Part shown: positions 10,351 through 20,977 of the stretch, piece after piece
Position numbering within the stretch: the stretch's first letter is position 1
How the letters are laid out: each line of letters starts with the position of its first letter
From: an uncultured Pseudomonadota bacterium
Lineage (GTDB): Bacteria > Oederibacteriota > Muellerivitia > Muellerivitales > Muellerivitaceae
Length of the DNA: 64,000 nucleotides
Assembly: GCA_963843375.1 (NCBI GenBank)
Contig: CAWJKT010000008.1
Span: forward strand, 32,001 to 96,000
Direction: 5' to 3'
Notes under the pieces: generated by a model
What the model was told of the DNA's origin: nothing
Seen by the model: only the letters and a program-made list of their open reading frames with translations
Database searches by the model: none
Made by a program: the position numbers and the translations under genes

Positions 10351-12100
10351 TCAAAACAAAATCGCCCTCAATTCGGACGGCACGCTGTCTCGGATCAACT
10401 TCAGCACTTCCTCGGAGGTCTTCATTTTCAGAGCGGCTTTAGCAATTTCTTTAGATTTCTCGAAAGGCATCATCCGGATAACCTTTTTGATTTCTGGAAT
10501 GACAGATACGCTCACTGAAAACTCGTCTAATCCCATCCCCAATAGAAGAGGAACAAATTGTGGATCACCGGCCATTTCCCCGCACATGCCAACCCACTTT
10601 CCGGCATTATGGCAGGCATCCACCGTCATTTGGACCAATCGCAGAATGGCGGGATTAAGAGGGTCGTAAAGATAAGCAACCGACTCGTTCACCCGGTCCA
10701 CTGCAAGAGTGTATTGAATGAGGTCGTTGGTGCCAATAGAAAGGAAATCCAGTTCCTGGATCAGGATGTCTGCCACTACTGCCGCCGAGGGGATCTCGAT
10801 CATGGCTCCCACCTCAATACCGGAACGGAAAATCTGACCTTCTCTCTTCAACTGTTGGATGCATTGGTTCAGGAGTACTTTTGATTCCCGAATTTCGGCC
10901 AGGGTAGAAATCATCGGAAACATAACCTTAATGGGTCCGTGGGCTGCCGCCTTAAGAATCGCACGAAGTTGGGCTTTAAAAATGTCCGGGCGTTTCAGGC
11001 AAAGCCTTATGGCCCTTAAGCCTAGGAATGGATTGCTTTCATTGAAGGCGTTGAGGTGGGATAAAAACTTGTCTCCGCCCAAGTCTAATGTCCGGATGAT
11101 TGCCGGACTGACCCCCGTTTTAGTAGCCAGTTCCTTATAGGCTAGGTACTGTTCCTCTTCCGTCGGGATTTCTTCCCGGTTCAGGAACAGGAATTCGGTT
11201 CGGAATAGGCCAATCCCTTCCGCACCGTGTTTGAAGATTTCATCTAGTTCCTGAGGTATTTCGATATTGGCCGCAAGGGTCACCTGATGACCATCCGGGG
11301 TCATTGCGGGAAGGCTCCGCAATTCTTCCAAGCTCTTCTGAAAAGCCTCGTAACTATCTTTGAGCCGTTGGTACTGTTTGAGAGTGGGAGGCAAAGGATT
11401 CACGACCACCAGTCCTTTGTTACCATCCACAATAATCATGTCCCCATCTTGCACTTCGGCGGTAAGGGTTTGCATGCCCAGTACTGCCGGAAGCCCCAAG
11501 GAACGGGCGACGATTGCCACGTGGGAGGTCCTACCACCCACATCCGTACAGAAGCCCTTGACGGTCCCGGTTTGCATGCTGACCGTATCGGAAGGAGCCA
11601 GGTCATTGGCGATGACAATAACTTCCCGATCCAATTTTTTAAGTTGGTCTTTCTCCACGCCGGTCAGGTTCTGGACAAGGCGGTTGCCTACGTCTTGGAT
11701 ATCCCCGCCCCTTTCCCGGAAATAACTGTCGTCTAGTGACGCCATAACGGTTTTGAACTTTTCCAAAGCCTCGTAAAGTAGGAATTCGGCGTTTAAACGT
11801 CGGGTCTCGTATGGATTGAGGGATTTCTTCCATAAAAAGAGGGTCATCTAGGACTACTTGGTGGGCCTGGAATATCGCGGCGTGTTCTTCCCCTAATTTC
11901 GCCTTCATCTTTTCTTCAAGTTGGGAAATTTGAGCACGAGTTTTCTTCAGCGATAGCTGGTAACGATCCAATTCGTCTTTGATCTCCTCGGCCCTTAAAT
12001 TCCGCCGAGGCGCAGAAAGACCCTGAGGATGGTAAAGAAAAGCCGGGCCGATGGCGATGCCGCCGGAAGCCGGAATTCCGTTATATATTTTCTCAGCCAC
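10351..12100 (-). CDS. ptsI: PEP-protein phosphotransferase enzyme I (apparent +1 frameshift near 11802)
   Basis: N-terminal GIPASGGIAIG in ORF 11639..12100; TSHVAI, GIGLFRTEFL, IGTNDL, GMCGE in ORF 10351..11847; frames join by removing one C in GACCCGACG. Confidence 0.92.
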
Positions 12101-12103
12101 TTT

Positions 12104-12376
12104 TTACTCTTTTTCCCCGAATTTATTAGCGAACAATAATTTTAAGGCCATCAGCGCTTCCTTCGCGTCTTCCCCTTCGGCCACAAATTCCAGTTCGGTC
12201 CCCTTGGCGGCGGCCAAGGTCATCAGACCCATCAAGCTTTTAGCGTTTACGTTTTGAATGCCGTGATTAATGAATATTTGGCTCTTAAACTTGTTGGATA
12301 TTTTTACCAACTCTGCCGCAGCCCTTAAATGAAGCCCTAGCTTATTGACGATGGGCAATTTCTCTGAAACTTTCAT
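12104..12376 (-). CDS. ptsH: Phosphocarrier protein HPr
   Basis: GLHLRAA (His15 site) and NAKSLMGLM (Ser46 site). Confidence 0.95.
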   Translation of the reverse strand: MKVSEKLPIVNKLGLHLRAAAELVKISNKFKSQIFINHGIQNVNAKSLMGLMTLAAAKGTELEFVAEGEDAKEALMALKLLFANKFGEKE

Positions 12377-12493
12377 TTGACTCCCCCTTGTTACTTCTTT
12401 GTCAACAACCCGGGAAAATAACCGTTAACACCATTTCCATAAAATCCAGATTATCGAAATGGTTATTTGAAAAATAAATTTCTCTTAGTTTTT

Positions 12494-13345
12494 TCATTGT
12501 CCGCCGCCCGTTGGAAGACCCGGTGGCACGCTTAATGTTGGCCAAAAAGCCAGCATAAGTGCGAATAAAACAGCCGCATAAAACATCTGGCTGGGGCTGA
12601 TCTTGCGGTGCAATGCAAAAGTAAAAAGCCCCACGATCGCCGAAAAAAAAGTCAGTTTCAGAATGAACAACCCCACTTCTTTTTCCAGTACAGATAAATT
12701 GACGAAAACAATCAAAACCCCCAAAAGCAAGATAGAAGCCAGCTTCAAACCTCTAATGGCTTCCTGAAAACCGTACTTCCGAAGGGTTAGCACCACCTGG
12801 TCACTCTGGCGATACCCTTGAAGAAATCCCATCAGTCGAATGCCCACATGGACGATATTAAAAACCGCAAGGAACAGAAGAGGGATAATCCAATATTGCC
12901 CCCTAATCTGAAAAGCGTGGGATAAAACCAAAGTCACCGCAATCAGCCCGCAATAGGGGCGAATGGTGGCCCAAAAGAGGTTGTCTCCCATAGCCGCGAT
13001 AGGGCCCATCATTCCGACTTTAAGCGCGCTGATTTCGTCCTCTTTTTGTTTTTGTTTACTTTTGGGCTGTTGCTGTTTCTCCTCTTCCATCCGAAGAATT
13101 GCGCCGAGCACGAAAGAAGCCATGTAAGGGTGAGTATTGAAATACTCCATATGACGGGTCATAGCCTGAGCCCTTTCCTCGCGGGAGGTGTAAATTTTTT
13201 TTAAGACCGGCAAAAGGACAAAAGTAACGCCATAACTTGTGTATCGCTCAAAATTCCAAACTACCTGAAGAAAGAAGAGCCTCCAAAAACAATGGGCCAA
13301 GTCAAGAACAGTAACCCGGACCGCAGGTCTCTCGTCTGGATTCAC
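12494..13345 (-). CDS. PTS mannose/fructose/sorbose IID component
   Basis: WNFER, RHMEYFNTHP, MGPIAAMGDNLFWATIRP. Confidence 0.92.
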   Translation of the reverse strand: MNPDERPAVRVTVLDLAHCFWRLFFLQVVWNFERYTSYGVTFVLLPVLKKIYTSREERAQAMTRHMEYFNTHPYMASFVLGAILRMEEEKQQQPKSKQKQKEDEISALKVGMMGPIAAMGDNLFWATIRPYCGLIAVTLVLSHAFQIRGQYWIIPLLFLAVFNIVHVGIRLMGFLQGYRQSDQVVLTLRKYGFQEAIRGLKLASILLLGVLIVFVNLSVLEKEVGLFILKLTFFSAIVGLFTFALHRKISPSQMFYAAVLFALMLAFWPTLSVPPGLPTGGGQ

Positions 13346-14121
13346 GCGGGTTCTCCTTTCCCCACGTAAAACAAAGTGAGAATAAATCCCGCGAAGAGGG
13401 CAATGGCTACTAAGTAAACCCCCGGTAAAGGCGATAAAACCGCAAGGGTCATCATGGACATGATGGACAGGATCAAATAAATGGCGTTCTTTTTTTCAAC
13501 CAGAAGATCGATGACCGCCGAGCACCCCAAAGCAAGCAAAAGCCAATGAGCATAGTAAAAACCTTCGATCACTTTGCCGTTCAATAGGCCGCCTAGGAGG
13601 ATGTAAAATGCGGCGCTGAAATGTGCAATCGTCAAACAAATCGCAGTCACGACGAACCCCTTCAATAACTGCTCAATTAATACCAAAAAATTAATCCACT
13701 CAAAAGTTTTTAAATGGGAGCTGAGGGCCATCCGTTGCGCAAAATGGAGCCAACGAACATGGAACTTGCGCAAAGCCACTTCCGCCTCAGTGCTCAAAAC
13801 CGCCAGGGGAATGGCGATTCCCAAAGCGTAAGTCATGACGGCTTCGGGGTTTTGGCCCTTCACCAATTCACAGGCCAGAGCTACAGATGTACCTGTCAAC
13901 ATCATGAGATCCAGCGGCAAATGGGCGCCTACCGGCAAGTCGCCGATCCAAATGAGTTCGATCAAGGCCCCCATTTCCAATCCGATGTCTGCTCGGCCGA
14001 TAAGCCAGCCCACCAGGGGGCCGGTCACGATGGGTCGCGAAACCATAAATTGACCAACCGCCGTCTCATCTAAACTTAAAAAAGCCATCATGACGGAGAT
14101 GGATAACCAATGGTCCATCAT
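13342..14121 (-). CDS. PTS mannose-class IIC component
   Basis: QFMVSRPIVTGPLVG, GALIELIW..LPVGA. Confidence 0.9.
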   Translation of the reverse strand: MMDHWLSISVMMAFLSLDETAVGQFMVSRPIVTGPLVGWLIGRADIGLEMGALIELIWIGDLPVGAHLPLDLMMLTGTSVALACELVKGQNPEAVMTYALGIAIPLAVLSTEAEVALRKFHVRWLHFAQRMALSSHLKTFEWINFLVLIEQLLKGFVVTAICLTIAHFSAAFYILLGGLLNGKVIEGFYYAHWLLLALGCSAVIDLLVEKKNAIYLILSIMSMMTLAVLSPLPGVYLVAIALFAGFILTLFYVGKGEPA

Positions 14122-16283
14122 TTCCCTTTTTTCTCCAACAATTGAGTGATGACCTTTATTTTAAAGGCCTCCTCGGGCTTAAGGGAGACTTCCCAACCCA
14201 ATAAAAGGCATGAACCTTGATAGACCCGCTCAAAGCCACCTTCAGATTGGGAAATGGTCTCAACCGGATAACGCCAAAATCTGGCCGGACGGCCGACCAT
14301 AAAGTTGATTTCCAATTCCAACCAACCGTCCCGCATTCCCATTTCAGTAACGCCCGTCTCCTCCCCGATACTGTTCAACTGGGGATGGAGGAGGTTCCTG
14401 TCTTTCACGAAATAATTCCGATTCGGAGAGTCTCCGGCCAGAAGGGTAAGGTTCCATTCCGCGAGAAAAAGGAAATTTTGACTATGAGGGCTTTTATTCT
14501 TCAGTTCATAAACTGTTTCAAGGTTGAAATCCCCAGCCTGGAACTCGAGATTTTTCACCAACTTTAACGGCAGCCCCCCAACATTTCCTTGGCGAGATAG
14601 AATCACTTGCGCCGGCTCCCCTTTTTTCTTGGGCGGTTGGACTTTCGATTCAAAAATGGCCTTACGGAAATCCCCTCGCTCTTCAAAATGATTGGTCATC
14701 ATCTGTTCCACCGTGGTTAAATCGGGAACAAAATGTTCGGTCAGGCTCACTCGCCGAAACGCATCATAAAAAAGCTTTTTCTCTAATCCCGGTTCTTTCA
14801 TGCGGACCATATCGTGGATGCTTGAAACCCCGCCATGGGATTGGTTTTGATTTGCCGCTGCCAGAAGCTTGGTATGGTAGGCCTCTTTGCGGCGGGTCAG
14901 GGTGTCGGAAAGGTTGATGGGTTTTTTCAAATAATCCAACTCAGTCAAGACTCCACCAACGGTTTCCAACAAAGCGTGATAACCCGAACTTTCCACAATG
15001 ATTTCATCACGTCCGTCTTTATTAAAGTCCACCTCTTGGACGCGGATTCCTGACCCAGGTGAAGGAAGCAGGGATTCGGCCAGTTTCTCCGCTTCGATAA
15101 GCTCCCTGTAGACTGCGAACCGTAAGTGGTTCAAGTAGAGGCCGCCAAAAACGCCATGCCAGTAAGGGCAATTGCATTCGCCCCGGTAGAGGGCCCGGAT
15201 GGCTTTATCTAAAACAACTTTTTGTTTGGGAGTGGCTTTTTTGGACAACCGCTCCCGGGCCTCCTCCACCTTGGCTGAGACCCATAAAAGCTTTTTGTGC
15301 ATATGGTTGCTCTCGGAATATTTGGTGAAAAAGTTCCGCCAAAATCCGCCTTTTAAATAACGCTCGTAGCGGGGAAGTTCCCCGCGGTCCCGAACCTCGT
15401 GGCGGATATTCTCGTACTCCTCCGCGGCGTCCGCAGGTAAGGCCCATTCCCCCATCTCGGTGTAGGAACCCGTGGGCAGGTTGAGGTTGCCCTTGGGGGC
15501 TTGTTGAAGAACATATTCGGAGAAAGTAGCCAGGGTCAACCAAGAGGAATTATCCTCAAGAGCGGTAAAGAATCTCTCCAGCCATCCTTCTTCATAAACC
15601 CATTTGTAGGTATCGGGCCACCCACCAAACTTTTCCCCGTCGTCCATCAATACCACGCAACGGTCTCCCTCTTCGGTGGCCAAAGATTGGAGATATTGAA
15701 GACTTTCTTCCACCGCCTTGAAAGGAACCATGTAACGCATTTTTTCGGAAATGGGAAAAACTCCCGTTGTTTCGCCCTGCTCATCCATGAGGTAATAACC
15801 AAAAGTGTCCTCTTCCTTTAATCCGACGGCTTTGAAATGAGCGTCGTCCATCACAATATATTTCACCCCGGCCTCCGCCAGGTTTTTAGTCAGATGGGGT
15901 TCCCAAACCCTCTCCGCTGTCCACATTCCTTTCGCCTCAACCTTAAAATGTTTCCTTAGGTAGTCGGTCAACATCCGGATTTGTCCCGCTTTATCCCTGT
16001 CCGGAAGAACCGCTAAGATGGGTTCATACATGCCCCCGGTAAAAAACTCGATCTGGCCACGATCGGCCATTTCTTTCAACATATTGAAATAGGATGTACG
16101 GTTTTGTTCCAGCCATTCCAAAAGGGGTCCGGTGATATGGAAAGTGCATTTCACCTTGGGATGCCGATGCAGGATCAGGAGAAAGGGTTCATAGGATTTC
16201 TTGAATAACTCTTCAAAAACCTGGCCAAAATTTCCAACCGGCTGATGGTTGTGAACTCCAAAAATAAATGTAATTTTCTTCAA
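14118..16283 (-). CDS. GH57 alpha-amylase/4-alpha-glucanotransferase (DUF1925/DUF1926)
   Basis: HNHQPVGN, WTAERVWEP, DDGEKFGGWP, YWHGVFGGLY, SQSEGGFERVYQG. Confidence 0.92.
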   Translation of the reverse strand: MKKITFIFGVHNHQPVGNFGQVFEELFKKSYEPFLLILHRHPKVKCTFHITGPLLEWLEQNRTSYFNMLKEMADRGQIEFFTGGMYEPILAVLPDRDKAGQIRMLTDYLRKHFKVEAKGMWTAERVWEPHLTKNLAEAGVKYIVMDDAHFKAVGLKEEDTFGYYLMDEQGETTGVFPISEKMRYMVPFKAVEESLQYLQSLATEEGDRCVVLMDDGEKFGGWPDTYKWVYEEGWLERFFTALEDNSSWLTLATFSEYVLQQAPKGNLNLPTGSYTEMGEWALPADAAEEYENIRHEVRDRGELPRYERYLKGGFWRNFFTKYSESNHMHKKLLWVSAKVEEARERLSKKATPKQKVVLDKAIRALYRGECNCPYWHGVFGGLYLNHLRFAVYRELIEAEKLAESLLPSPGSGIRVQEVDFNKDGRDEIIVESSGYHALLETVGGVLTELDYLKKPINLSDTLTRRKEAYHTKLLAAANQNQSHGGVSSIHDMVRMKEPGLEKKLFYDAFRRVSLTEHFVPDLTTVEQMMTNHFEERGDFRKAIFESKVQPPKKKGEPAQVILSRQGNVGGLPLKLVKNLEFQAGDFNLETVYELKNKSPHSQNFLFLAEWNLTLLAGDSPNRNYFVKDRNLLHPQLNSIGEETGVTEMGMRDGWLELEINFMVGRPARFWRYPVETISQSEGGFERVYQGSCLLLGWEVSLKPEEAFKIKVITQLLEKKGK

Positions 16284-16293
16284 TTTTGACCTC

Positions 16294-16788
16294 TCACGAA
16301 CCGCTGGTTTTCAACTGATGAATGTATTTTTCCAGGGATTCCCTGATATCGCCTGGAACCGCTCTCAATTCCAGTTCAACTCCCAGCTTTCTTAATTCTT
16401 TAAAGGACTCGATATCGGCTTCATGAACGCAAACGGTTTTGCTGACTTGTTGTTTTCCCTCGCAAAAATGCATCCCACCGACATTTACCGTCGATAGAGC
16501 TCCACCCTTTTTGCCGAACTCCACCACATCTGAAGGATTGGAAAAAAGAAGAAGAGTACGTTCCTTGGATTCTCCAGCCCGGCAATTTCGGGCGGCCTCT
16601 TCAACGGTATAAAAGCTCACCTTCAAACCCGAGGGAACAGCCATCTCCATAAGGGTCTTTTGCATGGTATTTTTGGCGATGGCATCATTTACAACAACAA
16701 GACGCTCAATGTTCAAGGCTTTGACCCAACCCACAACGACTTGCCCATGAATCAGCCGATCATCAATTCGAATCAGTTGGATATCCAT
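16294..16788 (-). CDS. PTS mannose-class IIB component
   Basis: RIDDRLIHGQV. Confidence 0.95.
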   Translation of the reverse strand: MDIQLIRIDDRLIHGQVVVGWVKALNIERLVVVNDAIAKNTMQKTLMEMAVPSGLKVSFYTVEEAARNCRAGESKERTLLLFSNPSDVVEFGKKGGALSTVNVGGMHFCEGKQQVSKTVCVHEADIESFKELRKLGVELELRAVPGDIRESLEKYIHQLKTSGS

Positions 16789-16808
16789 TCGACCTCTCGA
16801 AAACAGAA

Positions 16809-17219
16809 TTAGTTATTTTTTTTAAGGAGTTCTAGAGAAGTTACTATACTTTCCCGTGTCGAGCTCTGAATCTCCGGAACTAACCGATCCAGTTCGGCCT
16901 CATCCCGGTCCGAAACAACCTTGATCAACATGGGCAGATTCACCCCTGTTACAACTTGAAGCTTCCGGGTTTGGGCTAAGCGAACCGCCACATTAAAAGG
17001 CGTCCCACCCAGCATATCCACCAATACAAGAACCCCAGCCCCTTTTGGATCCACGATTTCCAAGGCTTTTTCAATTTTCGCTTGAAAAGATTCTATAGAA
17101 TCCTCCGAAACCAGATCGACCGCTATGATCGCATTTGTTTCACCCAAGATCATCTTCAGGGTGGAGAGAAGAGCGCGCCCAAATTCCCCATGGGTGGCCA
17201 AAATGACGCCGATCATCAA
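16809..17219 (-). CDS. PTS mannose-class IIA component
   Basis: ILATHG, DMLGGTPFN, TGVNLPML. Confidence 0.95.
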   Translation of the reverse strand: MMIGVILATHGEFGRALLSTLKMILGETNAIIAVDLVSEDSIESFQAKIEKALEIVDPKGAGVLVLVDMLGGTPFNVAVRLAQTRKLQVVTGVNLPMLIKVVSDRDEAELDRLVPEIQSSTRESIVTSLELLKKNN

Positions 17220-17441
17220 GATTCTCCTTATAAAAGGATAAAAGGGATTTTTGTGTCCATTTCAATGGATTGCTGCTTCTTTTTTATCCAAGAGATTAAA
17301 AGGAACCAACCCTATTATCAACTTAATGTTCCCTTTCACGGTGGATATAACCGCGAAATCCCCAACCCTGAACATGAAAATCAAAGCAAATGCCTTGTTT
17401 TTAATCAGAATTGAGTTGGTCTGGGCGCGTTTAGATAATTT

Positions 17442-18710
17442 TTACATTACCAATAGTCGGATGACGGCTTTCCCCAGCTTTTCCGGACTATGTCTAACAT
17501 AATCTTCTTGGTGTAGCAAATTCACCTTTACTAACTCAATATCTAACGCCTTAACCCCCTCCTCATCCACCACCACGGGCTCCTGTCCCTGGGCTTCATA
17601 CCGGGCTAAAAGTTGGGAAGGAACTTTTTCCTTGTTGGCGATCACATAATGAATGAACCCCGGACTGGTATGTTTGAGGATAGCTTTCACATGATCCGAA
17701 ACAGTTAGGTTATCCGTTTCTCCTGGCTGTGTCATGACATTACAAACATATATCTTAATGGCGCGAGACAAGGCGATGGTTTCGGCGACTTCTGGAATCA
17801 ACAGATTGGGTAGGATACTGGTATAAAGGCTTCCCGGTCCCAAAACAATAGCATCCGCTTCCAACAGAGCCTTCAAAACATCTTTGTTGGGACGTATCTT
17901 TTTTTCTTTTAGCATGATCCGATCGATGGGAGACTTGCCCAACGGTATTTGCGATTCTCCCGTAATGATCCTACCGTTTTTCAATTTGGCTTGGAGTGTC
18001 ATACTCTCGAAAGTGACTGGCATAACAGTTCCTCGGGTGGCCAATACCCGGCTGGATTCCTCCACGGCCCTTCCGAAATCACCCGTAATTTCCTTCATGA
18101 CCGTAATAAAAAGATTACCGAAACTATGACCTTTTAGGTCACCATGACTTTTAAACCGGTATTGAAAAAGATCCTTGAGAAGCGTTTCCTGGTCGGACAA
18201 TGCGACAATACAATTGCGGATGTCTCCCGGAGGGGGGGTTCCAAAATCCTTCCTTAAACGACCCGAACTGCCGCCATCATCCGCAACGGTCACTACTGCA
18301 GTGAGATTACTCGTATAATGTTTCAAGCTTGATAAAACATTTGGAAGTCCGGTGCCTCCTCCCACCGCCACAATTCGCGGCCCGCGTTTAAGGCGAGTCC
18401 GTTGATAGGCGATATTAATGAATTCCTTTTCTCTTGCAGGAGCGTAAACCGTTAGTACTGAAAAAAACAGTCGCCCAATACCCAAATAAATTCCCCAAAA
18501 AGCCAAGAGCATGAAAAGAAAATCAACGAACTTGAGGTGCTTGAGATGGTCTTCCAATTCGACAATCACGGGAGGACGCAAATGTATGCCGCCCGTGTGT
18601 TGACTCATGACACCGGAAAATCCAACATAAAGAACAATCATCGATAGAATGATAAGAAAGATCCACCGCTTGAGGCGCAAACCGGGATAGAGCCAGGGGA
18701 AGCTCAACAT
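17442..18710 (-). CDS. yvcK: YvcK/GlmR family protein with N-terminal TM segments
   Basis: GGGTGL, ADDGGSSGRLR, PPGDIRNC, GPGSLYTS, MTQPGET. Confidence 0.92.
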   Translation of the reverse strand: MLSFPWLYPGLRLKRWIFLIILSMIVLYVGFSGVMSQHTGGIHLRPPVIVELEDHLKHLKFVDFLFMLLAFWGIYLGIGRLFFSVLTVYAPAREKEFINIAYQRTRLKRGPRIVAVGGGTGLPNVLSSLKHYTSNLTAVVTVADDGGSSGRLRKDFGTPPPGDIRNCIVALSDQETLLKDLFQYRFKSHGDLKGHSFGNLFITVMKEITGDFGRAVEESSRVLATRGTVMPVTFESMTLQAKLKNGRIITGESQIPLGKSPIDRIMLKEKKIRPNKDVLKALLEADAIVLGPGSLYTSILPNLLIPEVAETIALSRAIKIYVCNVMTQPGETDNLTVSDHVKAILKHTSPGFIHYVIANKEKVPSQLLARYEAQGQEPVVVDEEGVKALDIELVKVNLLHQEDYVRHSPEKLGKAVIRLLVM

Positions 18711-19681
18711 TAATTTTTAGCCTTGGGTTTCGGAGAATTTCGGCGGGCTGTTTCTTCTGACATCATGCGGGAAACCCGATCGGCAAATTCCTGGGCCGTG
18801 AAATAACCCAATTTCATCAGGCGGTGGTTCATGGCCGCCACCTCGATGATCACCGCCAAGTTCCTTCCCGGCCTCACCGGAATGAGGAACATCGGAATTT
18901 CAACATCGAAAATTTTATGCGTGGCAGGGGTCAACCCCAAACGGTCATATTCTTTTTTATTGTCCCATTCTTCCAGACGGATAATTAATTCGATACGTTT
19001 CCTGTCCCGAATAGCCCCCACGCCAAAAAGGCTTTCAATATTAATGATTCCCAATCCCCGGATTTCCATGTGATGTTTAATGATTTCGGACCGAGAACCC
19101 ATTAATATCCGGTTAGCCAACCGTTTGATGTAAACAAGATCATCTGCCACCAACCGATGGCCACGCTCCACCAAGTCTAAAGCGCACTCGCTTTTTCCAA
19201 TACCCGAATTCCCTAAAATGAGAATTCCAACCCCATAGACATCCAAAAGAGTTCCATGAATGGTGGTTTCGGGGGCAAACTCTTCTTCCAAGAAAACCGA
19301 AATTTCGGAAATAAACTTAGTTGTAGGAGTCACGGTCGAGAAAAGGGGGATTTGTTGTTCCTCAGCCTCAGAAACCAAATCTGCTGGCGGTTTCATTTTA
19401 TGAGTCACGACAATACAGGGAAGACGATGGGATAGCAGGGTCTTAAGTATTTTTTTACGTTGGGCCGGCTTAAGCGTCCGAAGGAAATGAATCTCAGTTT
19501 TCCCAAGTATTTGGAGGCGCTCATATGGAAACCATTTCAAGTACCCGGTCAACGCCATGCCCATTCGGTTAATGTCCACACTGACAATAAACCGGTCTGA
19601 TATTCCCGCTTCGGTTACGGGCGAAAGGCGAAGCCGTTCTTTAGCCTGCTGAAAAAAAGACTCCACGGAAATTTTCTTCAT
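18710..19681 (-). CDS. hprK: HPr(Ser) kinase/phosphorylase
   Basis: GNSGIGKSECALDL, LVADD, EIRGLGII, PVRPGRNLA. Confidence 0.96.
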   Translation of the reverse strand: MKKISVESFFQQAKERLRLSPVTEAGISDRFIVSVDINRMGMALTGYLKWFPYERLQILGKTEIHFLRTLKPAQRKKILKTLLSHRLPCIVVTHKMKPPADLVSEAEEQQIPLFSTVTPTTKFISEISVFLEEEFAPETTIHGTLLDVYGVGILILGNSGIGKSECALDLVERGHRLVADDLVYIKRLANRILMGSRSEIIKHHMEIRGLGIINIESLFGVGAIRDRKRIELIIRLEEWDNKKEYDRLGLTPATHKIFDVEIPMFLIPVRPGRNLAVIIEVAAMNHRLMKLGYFTAQEFADRVSRMMSEETARRNSPKPKAKN

Positions 19682-19721
19682 GGTCCTCGCCGCTTTGGCT
19701 TTTTCCCTGCCGGAAAGCCCG

Positions 19722-20186
19722 TCAGTGCTTGAGCTTCTCTTCTTCTTGGATTATTTTGACCACATCTTCAGGAGTTTTAGCCGATAGAAGTGACTTGCGG
19801 AAATACTTGTCTTTTAAAAGACTGGAAATGCGGGCCAAGGCTTTCAAATGAGCTCCAGCCGCGCCCTCCGGAGCCACGAGCAGAAAAAAGATATTCACGG
19901 GTTCGCCATCTAAGGAATCGAAACTGATGCCATCAACCGAAAGCCCGAAAGCTGCCGCCAAATCCGAAACGGTTTCCGATTTTCCATGCGGGATGGCAAT
20001 TCCCTGACCAATACCCGTGGAACCAAGCTCTTCACGTTCCATAAGTGTTTGAAGCATTTTCTTTTTGTCTTTTACTTTTCCCGTCTTGACCAAGAGTTCC
20101 ACCATCTCTTTAATGGCGTCTTTCTTATTTTTGGATTCCAAGGACATCTTAATGGCGTCAACAGTTAAAAAATCCAATATCTGCAT
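19722..20186 (-). CDS. ptsN: PTS IIA (Ntr/fructose-type)
   Basis: REELGSTGIGQGIAIPH; position after rpoN-hpf. Confidence 0.88.
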   Translation of the reverse strand: MQILDFLTVDAIKMSLESKNKKDAIKEMVELLVKTGKVKDKKKMLQTLMEREELGSTGIGQGIAIPHGKSETVSDLAAAFGLSVDGISFDSLDGEPVNIFFLLVAPEGAAGAHLKALARISSLLKDKYFRKSLLSAKTPEDVVKIIQEEEKLKH

Positions 20187-20244
20187 GAAACTTCCTCCCG
20201 AAAAGTCAGTTGAAAAATTTTACTCCCGGATCGATAACTGCCCC

Positions 20245-20784
20245 TCAATACTCAGGTTCGATCAACCCGATATGATGATCATTGCGCTTATATACAACCC
20301 CAGTTCTATCGGTCTCGGAATTCGAAAAAACCAAAAACTCATCTTTAGAAGAAGCCAATTGCAACGCGGCTTCCTCGATCGTCATGGGCTTGATTGCATA
20401 ATTCTGCGTCCGCACAACCTTAACTCCATCAACTTCCACGTTCCTCGAAAATAAACTCGGTTTAATTGAGCCTTTAGCTTTGGGACGCTCCGATCGATGA
20501 TGTTCAACCCGTTTATCTTTTTGCTTATGCGCCTGTTTTTCCAGTCTTTGCAGGGCCACGTCAATTGATTGGTACATATCATGGGATGAAGCTTTCGCGC
20601 TTAATTTCAATCCTTTGGCGCTTAATGTCACCTCGCAGATATGGAGTTTTCTCTCAAAATTCAAAACCACATGGGCTTCCTTGATTTTTCCCAAATACCT
20701 TTCCACCCGTTGAATCTTATCCTCGATGTGAATCCTTAACCCCTCAGTGAGTTGTTCATGACGACTGGTAATATGGATTTTCAT
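20245..20784 (-). CDS. hpf: Ribosome hibernation factor (long HPF/RaiA)
   Basis: MKIHITSRH...DMYQSID; C-terminal KPMTIEEAALQL..FLVF..VYKR. Confidence 0.93.
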   Translation of the reverse strand: MKIHITSRHEQLTEGLRIHIEDKIQRVERYLGKIKEAHVVLNFERKLHICEVTLSAKGLKLSAKASSHDMYQSIDVALQRLEKQAHKQKDKRVEHHRSERPKAKGSIKPSLFSRNVEVDGVKVVRTQNYAIKPMTIEEAALQLASSKDEFLVFSNSETDRTGVVYKRNDHHIGLIEPEY

Positions 20785-20977
20785 TGTTTTTCCCGTTGGA
20801 GTAAACAAGGTTGGATTCCTTCTGCCCTTTTCAAACGAAAAAATCGTCCAAAAGAGCTGTTATTCTAACACTCGAAAACCGGAAGTCAATCTGCACCGGG
20901 CTTTCACAACATTGAAAAACCCGAAGTTCAAAAGCAAATCCACTCTTTCTCCAAACAAGATATTCAAATATGATTTG

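Noticed and set aside
10351..12100. ptsI as a true pseudogene or programmed frameshift
   Set aside because: Single +1 base, all motifs intact, and the same error pattern in several unrelated genes
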